Shown here piece after piece: positions 1-10,900 of a stretch of DNA of 64,000 nt; within the stretch, counting starts at the first letter, position 1; each line of letters opens with the position of its first letter. The notes under the pieces were generated by a model. That model was not told the origin of the DNA. It made no database searches and was given only the letters and a program-made list of their open reading frames with translations. The stretch lies in contig CM022665.1 of NCBI GenBank assembly GCA_012295275.1, positions 33,046,001 to 33,110,000 of the forward strand. The letters are read 5' to 3'. The position numbers and the translations under genes are program-made. The DNA comes from Chrysomallon squamiferum. Its lineage: Eukaryota > Animalia > Mollusca.

Positions 1-109
1 ATAATTGCTGCAAATGAATAAACCGTTTTCTTTGTACTATTTATCCAGTAGAAATTAATCATGTTCAGTGACAAAACCTGTTTTATTACTGATTTTGTAT
101 TATTTAAAT

Positions 110-1442
110 CAGGGGTGTGCAAACTTTCTGATCTTACAGGCTGCAGCACTTTAACTTCACTGGCACTATGGCCACACAAATTTTATGTAAACATATGTAA
201 CATATATGATTTTACATAATTTTCTAACATTGAACCTCTGTGACTTAATGCTGCATATAAATAATGGGTACGTTTACATGTTTCCACAAGAACTGGCTTC
301 ATCCCTCTATGATTCCCATTAAAGTAAAAATAAAACAGTTATTAATATTGGGTCATTCCGTGTCAAATCACCCAATGGTTTAAACCCGACCGTCTCAGAT
401 TTTTATGAAACTTGGTATACTTGATTACTGGGATCCCACAGCACCAAATTTTAGCCCAATCAGACCAGTGGTGTGGGAGATACGGCCCACCGAATTTTGA
501 GATTTTTGCCAAAAATGGGTGTGACCACCAACCTTAGAACCCTCATATCTCAGCAACTACTGGGCCAATCTTCATAAAATTGGTATTGTTAGAAAGGCAG
601 AATGACAAGGATTCCAAATCTGCCATTTTTGTTTAGTTTGGAAAATATTGGAGTACCTTGACCTTTTGACCTTTGCTATGACCTTGAAATTGACCGTGTG
701 GATCACGTGATCTTGAGATGACCTTTATTGAAATTTAATCTCCCACATGTTAACTAAAACATATAAAAGTTTCCTGGGTGTAATATTTTTGGTTTAGCCA
801 CAATATAGATTTAAAAAATGCACATACATGAAAATAACACCTTTTCAGCCATTAACATCTGATTAACTAAAGCCTGAATGATCAATTCTGGATGCTAGGA
901 ATCACCATCTCTCTTGATCATCGAGTAAGACATTTTCAAGGTCATAGCAAAGGTCAAAAGGTCAAGGTACTCCAATATTTTCCAAACTAAACAAAAATGG
1001 CAGATTTGGAATCCTTGTCATTCTGCCTTTCTAACAATAACAATTTTATGAAGATTGGCCCAGTAGTTGCTGAGATATGAGGGTTCTAAGGTTGGTGGTC
1101 ACACCCATTTTTGGCAAAAATCTCAAAATTCGGTGGGCCGTATCTCCCACACCACTGATCCGATTGAGCTAATATTTCAGATTTGGTGCTGTGGGATCCC
1201 AGTAAACAAGTATACCAAGTTTTATAAAAATCTGAGACGGTTGGGTTTAAAAAAATTTTGGTGGGGGGGGGGTGATTTGACACGGAATGACCCTATTATT
1301 TATTTATTTTACTAAATAACAACTTTAAAACTGTCAGATCTAAAAATGAGTACTGGACACATCTGACAGTAATAGGAAATTCATGGTGTATGAGTGTTTA
1401 TTAAATGTGATAAGGCGATATCCTTCCCACGGAGCACCCCTG
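110..1442. mobile_element. Non-autonomous hAT-type MITE, interrupted by a nested long-TIR element
   Basis: Termini CAGGGGTG...CACCCCTG; 8-bp flanks ATTTAAAT / ATTTAAAG (7 of 8 match, TSD). Confidence 0.7.
350..1293. mobile_element. Long-TIR palindromic non-autonomous DNA transposon, Sola2-like (copy 1)
   Basis: TIRs of about 340 bp starting GGGTCATTCCGTGTCAAATCACC; 4-bp TSD TATT. Superfamily is inferred from the GGG..CCC ends and 4-bp TSD. Confidence 0.85.
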
Positions 1443-1564
1443 ATTTAAAGTAAAGAGTCACAGATTTAATACTTAAAAAATTTGCTTGGTATACATCAAA
1501 TCTTTGTTTACAGTGATAGTTTAATGCATACTTTTTTTTTTTTTTTCATAGATGAAAGCAAATT

Positions 1565-1614
1565 TTATTTTGACATTCAAATATAAATGTTATTTTGACA
1601 TTCAAATATAAATG
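1565..1614. repeat. 25-bp tandem duplication
   Basis: TTATTTTGACATTCAAATATAAATG x2. Confidence 0.9.
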
Positions 1615-1881
1615 TTGACAACTGAAAACTGCTTTATATTTTCAAAAATTTTGGAATAATATTTGTAAAGTTAAACTAAAGAGTTTGGGGATTTTTGGTA
1701 GTAACTTGTATTAATACTTTTATTTATCAGTTGGATTAATACTGAAATAAAATGGTGCTTTTATAGATTTTTAGACAAAAAACAGATATTTGCTTTGACA
1801 CACATATTTGCAAACCATTCTTTTTATATGAGAAAATGGATCTTTAATTCAGTGAATAAACATTACATTTTTCTATTTCAG

Positions 1882-1946
1882 GAGGAAAGAGAGCAGTGTT
1901 CAGCAACTGCAGGCTTTGAGGATTGGGTTTTACAGTTTTTTGATAG
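1882..1946 (+). CDS. PSME4: PSME4 exon ([22 protein letters not shown])
   Basis: tttcag|GAG...GATAG|gttaaa. Confidence 0.92.
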
Positions 1947-4900
1947 GTTAAATTATAAGTTGTAATAATTTCAGTTTTATGTTTATACTGCTTAAAATTT
2001 CTGATGCGTTGAAGATTTAAAAGTGTGGGTGATTTTAAAAAATGAATGCTACTATTAAGACATTCCTTTCTCCCACAAATAGCTTTTACTCTTTTTCTGA
2101 CCATAAACAATCTGTCTTCTTACATATGTAGGAAAAACTGAAAAATTATTGTGCTGTTTCAGAGTATTCAATCTAATAGAAAATAATGCTCAAGAGGCTT
2201 CCTATGGTGCAGTTGATCGCTTGAATCCTGAACAAAGTATGTTGGAAGTTGGGATGGCTTCAACTAGTACCTCTGTTCTGCAGCAATGCTCTGCTCCAAT
2301 ATTTAACGTAAGTTACTTGTTTACATGTGAGTATTAACACACAGCATCTTACAAATCAGTTGTGCAAAATTATCTCCAAACATCAGGAATAAACCATTCA
2401 AGTCAAATATGATCAGAAAGTGTCATATGATATGCTAGTGCTGTTAGCCATGATTGATTTAGTTTCAGTTTCAACACCAGAATATGAAGGTCCATTGTTG
2501 ATTTACTCAGGGCTCTGATAGATAATATCTTAAATGAGAGAAATGGTGAGAGTTCCTTCCACAGTATACAAGTTGACAGGTGGGTGGTGATGTAGATGTA
2601 TCTGTTCCTCTTGTGGATAGAGCATGATGAGAACAACGTGTATCAACTTGTGTGAAAGCAGCTGGGCAATTCACAAACATTCAGTTGATTTATGCCTCCA
2701 GTGTTTACTTACTGATGTTAATGTATTCCATACAAAGTCAGAAAACCTAAGCCTAGCTGTTAATCATGAAACTGTGAGTGGACAGGGGTATTTTGGGTTT
2801 AACTCTGTTGGTCCTAAAAGATGTGATTCCAATCAATGAAAATATTTCAAAAACAAAATCCACTGTTCTAGCCATTGTCATGATAGCCTTGTATGCAAAA
2901 ACCAAGCAACCTCTAAACCAATGTGTTACATTCCAGATTTAACAATAACTACTTGGTTAACTAACATTCCACTTCATCTTCATGTACGATTTCTGAAATG
3001 ATTTGATTTGGGGTCAGTATTAGGATTAAATGATTTGATTGGAAGTCAGTATTAGGATTAAACCAAGTATTTCTTACATACTGTTATAGCATTATATAAA
3101 TACCCCCAAAATATACAGTCTATTCACTGATATAAAAATATGCAGTAGACTCAGTCTTTAATGTCAGATGAAGTTGTGGTTTTCAGCCATTGCTGTTCTT
3201 AAACATGTAATAATCTATATGTTAATTTCAAACCTCCAGATAAGCATACCCACAGTATTTCAGATGTAATGTTGTCCCAAATGTTATATTTTGTATAGAT
3301 TTTGTTTATTTCTCAAACCTGAGAAATACCCTAAAAAATAATACACATTAAAAAACAAATTAATTCTTAACATTCTCATCTTTGAAAGTAGATTCATTGT
3401 AAACCAGTTGTCTGTCACTACCAACAGGCTGTGTTGTACTTTAAATTACAACATCAAACACCTGAGTTACTTATTACCACTCACCTTAATTAACTATTCT
3501 GACCAGTAGTGTCTGTGAAAGTTATTTGATCTGCTTGAGGGTGGTGGCCTCAAAAATGCAGTGTTAAAAGAGCTGGTAAAACTAAATGGGAGTGTGTGTA
3601 TAAATAGAATAAGATTAGGCATGATTACCAATTAAATCCAGAAAGAATTCCAAAATCAAATGAGGTTGTCAGACACGTTTCATCTGTTCCTTTAGCTTGA
3701 TGTCAAAGAAGAATCTTGTGAAGGACCTAATCCTAATATTCCTAACTCTGAAATACAAAGAAGGTTAATAATTTGATAAGAAACTGGAAGCAATTAAGGC
3801 ACTTGAAATTGATGCAAAACCAAAAGTACAAATCATAAAGAAGTTAGAGGTCCCACTAAACACATTATCAACCTGGATAAAATCAGCTGATAGAATTAAA
3901 GAAGCAGCTTTGAATTCAAACATCAGATGTAAGAAAATTACAAATACTAACTTGGCTGATATTGATGAAGCTGTTTTAAAATAGTTTATAAGTTTTTGTG
4001 GAAGAATAGGGACCTCATCACATTTATAATGCTAACAAAACTGTCATTGGTATTGAACAATGTGAGAATTTATTCATGAATTTGAATATGTTAATTGTTC
4101 ACTGATTGGTGTCTGGCTCTTGACAAAAAGATGAACAGATAAAAGAAAAAGACAAAATTGTCAACCACTGTCATGCACATCCCCATTTTAAAGGTCAGTC
4201 TGCAGAATATTAAACTGATACTCCAGCCACCTAATACAACACCAAAATGCAACCTGGGATCAAGTTGTGATTTTCAGTTTAAAAATTTACTATCACAACT
4301 TAGTGTTAGATGTGCACTGGACAATGGAGAGAATATCATTTCTATTCTTGACACACTGATTTTTAAGATGTTACAAGTAAAGCCACATAAAGTAACCATT
4401 AATACACAGAAGAGCTAGTCCCTACTTTCAAAATTGAACTCACAATGGAAGAAGTGCACCCATGTTGTCAGATATTTTCAATGTTACTTGAGCCATCTAA
4501 TGTGTTAATCAGTCAATAATACCAAACTTTAAACTTCATTATGAAAACTGAACTTAGTGGAGTGAATACTATTCAGATGACAGTTACAGACTACTACCAG
4601 ATATTTCAGATGACAGTTACAGACTACTACCAGATATCTTGAAGTTAAATTTTTATATTAGGTCTTGGATAACATTGCCTCTTCACTTTGATTTTTTTTC
4701 ACTACAAAAGACTTGCTGTATTTTGAAAAATAACATGTAGATTTCAAAATGTTAAATTACATTGTGTTTTCATTTGAATGTAGTGATACTTATATTTATA
4801 AAGAACTTTAATTGAATTAATAAAAACTATGTATGATACCACATATTCAAGATTGAGAGGCCCACTAGTGTGTGCTTGTGTGGTTCTGGACATGTATGTG

Positions 4901-7900
4901 TGTGCAGAAACAGATAAACTGGCATATGGGTTTCTGTTTATGACTTTCAAATGAAAATTCTTTTTATAGTCAGCATTGAAAAGACTACAGAGATTTGTCA
5001 CAGAAAGCTGGTATGAAATAAAAGTCAGTGGGCGATTTGCAGCAAATTTGTGTCGTGCTGCAGCCAAGGTAATTTCTAAAACAATTTTTAATCAAATTAA
5101 CTGAGAGTTTTCTAGATACCTATTAGTTTATTACTGATAAAATGATTTAGAATTTTTTGAAGAACGAAAATTTTATTTTGATAGATCAAAACATTACTTA
5201 CGAAATTTAAAGGTAGCACACACACACACACACACACTCTGTAGACATACATTTACACTTTTGTCACCATAAAAATAAAATATTTGATATAATTGTTTTA
5301 ATTTCATCTTTTTAATTCCATTCATGATGTGTTAAGTTTTTGTTAATTAAATCACTTAAAGATTATAAGAATGCCACTTTAATGTTTTGTAATGACAAAG
5401 TAACCTGAATGTCATCATTCTGTCCTGCAGGTTAATCCAGAAAAAACTCTCAAAATCTTTCTGCCATATTTCTGTGACTTCATCCTAAATTATATTAATG
5501 ATCGTAAGTTATTGTTTTTTCTTTTTTTCTTTTGTCAATCTTTGTTGAATTTCTTGGGTTTCTGTTTCTTTTTAATTGTTTTTGTTTTTCCTGTTTTTTC
5601 ACTTTTTTACTTTTTTTTATTTTATTTTAATATAAGCAAAACAATACATTCCATTTTTTAATCAAATTGAGTGGGTTTTTTTATTATTTAGAATGTTTAT
5701 TGGTTTTTAGACAATTTTAACTACAAAGAACTGTAATAGAAGAAAGAATCTCTGAATTTGGGCTAACATGCCAAGGAATAACATCCAATGATTTTAAACA
5801 TAAAACTCAGTTGGATTCGTGTATCATTTGTAATGCAATGTAAAATTGTTTTTATCTGTAATTCTAGCGAATTTATGTATTTCAGTATTGTGAAAAGAAA
5901 AAAAGAAAAGAAATTTCCAAATACCTATATGTCTAACAGAAATATTTTTATGACTTCAGATGAAGAAATTTTAAATGAGGAAGAAGTTGATGGACGTTTC
6001 ATGTGGAATCTCTTGTTATTGTCACAAGTAAGTTAATTCCATTTTATAACAATTCCACAACGTGTAGAAATGTTCTGGGCTTTTTTTACTGTAGAAAATT
6101 TTGTTTATTTTAAATAATTATTTTAATAATTTTAGCTTGTACGGTGTGATGGAAGAGAACTTATGAAATACAAAGACAATCTTGTAGCAGTGCTGAAAGT
6201 CACATTGAAACTGAAATGTATCCAAGGTTATGAAATAGCTGGACAGCTGCTACGATATTTGTTTCGTTCTTTGTTATTGACTTACCCAGTAGAGTACAGG
6301 AGTATTAAAGGCAGCTTTGATCGGCCACTTGAAGAGTATTTAGTGACTCGTGACTGGGCAGTACCTGGAAACATTCATGATCTGGGCATTGAATGGCATA
6401 TTACTACAAATGAAGAAAGGATATGGGCAGAAGAACTACTAAAAGAGTTTCTAAAACCAGAATTGAAGTTTATTTCATCATGCATCCACCTTTCCAGGTA
6501 TTTTAATGATTAAAGTAAAACTGTATAATCAGTCTTCGCTGCTGATGAACAATGAACATTAATTAATTTATTTTGTATTTTCAAGAAAAGAACAACAGCT
6601 ATATGAATTATTTTTATTTATTTATTTGAACAAAAAACCTGGTTTTAGTCATTTTTTAGTCTTTATGTATATTATGTTTTTAAGTAATTTATTTTTAAAT
6701 AGAATATATTAGAATGAAATAAAATTATTAGAGGCTGAAAAGAAAATAATCTACTTTTTTAAAAATTAAATGTTTGATGATATGTTATCTAAAACTATGT
6801 GCTGAAATTGTGCAGAGTAAAAATGTATAAGCCTTATAATTTCTTTATTTTGATGATGTGGCTAGTGAAAACAGTATCAGAATAATTAAACAAATTAATT
6901 TAAAAAGAAAATAATTTTACTCAACAGATTTCATAGTTATTTTGAATTAATTATTCAGACACACATACGCATATACATACACACATACATGTGTGTTTGT
7001 GTATGTGTGTTTGTGTATACATATATACGTGTCTGTATACACACAGAGATGATCTTCTGAGAAGATTAAACATCATACTGGAATGTCTACTTGGTTCTGG
7101 CTGTGTGCTGCCTCAGTGGGAAGGAGAAGCAATCAAAAGGCAAACATTTATTTTATATCTCTACAAAACATATTTTTCATGCAAGTTATAAAATAACATT
7201 TTGTCTTACTTTATTTCTTGAAACATGTTACATTCTTTTTGTTTTAAAATGGTATGTCCAGTAGCTAAGTTTTGTCTCTAGAAATAATCTTTGTCTATTT
7301 TTAGAGTGGAAAGTTTTGTTGAACTGACCCGGTTTACAAGCACTGCTCACATGATGCAAGGTAACTTGTTCTAGCTATTAACTACTTTTATTTTTCTTTG
7401 TTTGTAAATTAATTATTTTTAAATGAAAATTTTATTACATAGAACTGTTTTCTTTAGTAAACTGTTGTATTGGTAATAACATTTTTTCAAAAAAATACTT
7501 CATATGATTATAGCATTTAATAGATTTATCAACTTAGTCATTTATTAGAAGATATATTGCTCTATTTTGTTCAGTACATATTGCTTAATTCTTTCCATCA
7601 ATATTGATATTGTTTTGGCTCTACTTCTCAGGATTAACACTGGAAGGCAGGAATGTCAGGGAACTGGTGGCAGATTCTGTGAGATGTCTTCTTGGTAGGA
7701 TTTTCATAACTGTATCGATTGAAGGAATTTTTTAAACATTTTCAAACATTGCTTTAAATAATGCTTTTGTTTTTTGAGGTAATAGAGATTATGTTCTGAA
7801 AAAAGGCATTTAATATTAACAGATATAATGTTTTATTGCAATAGTCTTTTATTTGTGTTTGTTTTAGGTTACATGGAAAAATCATATGAGGATGATACGA

Positions 7901-10900
7901 AAGGACTTTTCAAGATCATCAAAGTAAGAGCTCAGTGTTACTGTCATTAATTAAAATAATGGAAAATTGTAAGTCAACTGATTGCCTAGCAGGATACACA
8001 CAAATAACACCTGAACAGGAGTCTCTGACACAATGTTCAACACTGAAAAAAGAAAGTTTTATTATCCAGTGAAAGTGTACACCAATGCTTAATGCAGCGG
8101 TTCTCAAACTTTTTGAAGTAAGGGCACACTTAAAGCCTTGCATAAAATTGCAGGCACACTACATACAAAATGCTAAGAAATATAATGCAAAATGTAAAAA
8201 ATACAGAAATAACTGAAAGAAGGGTATATACCTTTATTCATCATCTATTTTGTGCTGATGAGAAGTATGAGCCTGATGTGTCTTGGCAATTTCTTCAAAA
8301 ATACTGTAATACGAAATACAAAGCAATGGACTGTTAAAATGTCAAAAAACTGTACAAAGGCTATATTTTTAATTGTGTACATTGTGCAGTGAGGGTAAGC
8401 TTTTATCAATTGTTTGCTTTTAACAAATGTAACACTATAATAGGCTAATATTCCATAAAGTATTAAAGTTTTAGATGGGTAGAGACTGTGACAGTGATAG
8501 GAATATGTGTCACAAGATAAATTTGACTGTTTATCACACATGCACACCCTATCACTCATACTGTCACTGGTAAACCACTGCAAGGCCTTGAGCAGCCACA
8601 CTTGCTCATCAGCCAAAACTGGTTTTGAATGAGTTTACAACATGTACAAAATCTTCTTATGGACAACCGGCTATTTCTTACTGGATATCTTTCCGCTCTT
8701 AATATAATAATAACAATCTGCCGTAAAGAACATTTTAATGCTGAAGTGTGGATATAATGTACTATAAATCAATTTTTTTCAGCACAAATATCTACATAGA
8801 TCCTAGAATTTTGTGGGGCACACCCTTTGAAAACCACTGGCTTAATGATTCAGTGGTGTAGACACATACAAAAAAGATTAGTCAGTATGACACAAATTAT
8901 TTTAAGGAGTTGTTACCATTTTCTAATTTGACAGAATACATGGAAAAAAGTCTGATTTTGGAACAAATGTTTTTTATTTTCAACATTGACACATATAGGC
9001 ATAATGAATAGGTTATGCATCGAGCAAATTATGCATTACTGTTTTAAATATGCATACCTTGATTGAAGAGTGCGTAGTAACATTGACTATATTTGCACTG
9101 ATTTAAAAATGATCCTTCTTTCTTTAGATTTATGAAACATTATTATTTTTCTATGGAACACAAAAAGGTGATTTTGATGGACGTTGGAAAAGTTTTCACA
9201 TTGTTAAGTCAGCCCTTGAAGACAAGGTATTTTTATTTTTTTCATTTTTATTTTTTTTTAAATCAGAATTATTAATCTGAAGTAATAGGACTGTATATTT
9301 TATCAAGTGTCTACTTAAAATTATTTGGTGATTATAAGAACCTTTACAAGAGTAATTACCTATTTTGATTTGATAAAATTAAGACAAGTGATAATACCAA
9401 TATATTTATTTTTATATTGCCAAAGTTAATTCATTATTATAAACATCATTAATAAAATGTAGAAAATTTTGCATGAAAACATTTGCCAAAAGAATCTTAT
9501 GATGACCTACTGTTAATACTTTATATATTTTTATAAGAAATATCTTTTCTTTTCTTGTTTTGATAGATGAGACAGAAAAAACTTCATATTCGAGCTCTTC
9601 TGGTTGATCGTGTGCAGCTACAGCATGAGGTAGTTATTTAAATGTTCAAGAATAATGTGCTATTGTCTTTAAAAGTTGATGGGAAATAGTTTTATGATTA
9701 TATAACCAGTGATCATAGGAAACCATTAACAAGTATTTTGGGGTTCTGTGAAAACAACAAACAGGAACACAAGTTAGATATTATGTGATGCTTCCTGAAA
9801 TGGATAAATATGACTGAAAAATTATGAGAGTGCATAAGAATACACCAAGGTTATTGTTTTTCAGAACTGGAATAATGTTTTTAACAGATTAGAGTGGATA
9901 ACAAGCAGCAATATTTTTGATGACAGACTTTAATTTCCATGATAAAGATGCCATCCAGTATTATTTGGGTGTAATGATTATAATATTTTTTCCCTGGATT
10001 AACAACTTTTAAAAAGTTAATAATAAATAATAAAATTTATTTTCCTGCAACATATAGTAGAAATACATTTAATCTCGATCACTCCATTCATAAAAAAGAA
10101 AATTATGTTTAACAAGAGTTCTACTGCAAAATGTTAAATCCATTTCATTCAGCCATGTATATATATATATGTGGCAAGTTTCAGATCAGAACAGTATTTT
10201 AATGCATACATATATAGACCACATGCACACACAAACAGACACACACACTCACAAAATTTGGTGATACGGTTTAGAAATAATATGGGTGATTATTGCATTA
10301 TGGAATCTTCCCATGAATTTGATCTGAAATGACCAATGAGAGCATTTGGTGAGCATTTGACTTGATACCCATAATGCTTTAAACCAGAAGACTAACTGAA
10401 TATTTCACGCCTTTCCCACTTAGTTTCTTGTTGAAATGGTATTCTTCAGGGTGAATCATATTTTAAGAAAACCACAAAGTTGCCTCAGTGTTATAGAAAG
10501 GGGCGACATAGCTCTCATTAATACAATTTTCTCAAAAAAAGAAAAAAGAAAGGCAGCTCGGTAAATGAACTGAGCAGCATCAGACTTGCATTTTTCCTAA
10601 CATAATATAATGTGTTGTAATCCACAAATAAATGGATATCCATAGAAAGGAAGGATTCTGTTTCTCTTGTTCTTTCATTCAATGTTAGAGTAGTTTTAAC
10701 TTAAATATTATTTAAATTCAATCCATTAATGGTAAAATTATTTTGAGTTTAATGGTGTTCCATAGTACAATGATTTAAAGGGTGATATACACACAAAAAA
10801 AAAAAAGAAGAACTTTCTGTTACATGTGTGTATGTCAGAATTTTAAAATTTAATATTATCTGTGTACTCTCAGAGTTAATAAAATATAGGACAAATATCA

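Noticed and set aside
1067-1315. ORFs 1067..1315, 1086..1283 and 36294..36518 with near-identical peptides
   Set aside because: They lie in the TIRs of the repeated long-TIR element and have no recognisable domain.
10460-10480. AAACCAC resembling the U17/snR30 m2 motif
   Set aside because: Wrong distance from ACA and no m1 motif, so the H/ACA candidate is not called U17.
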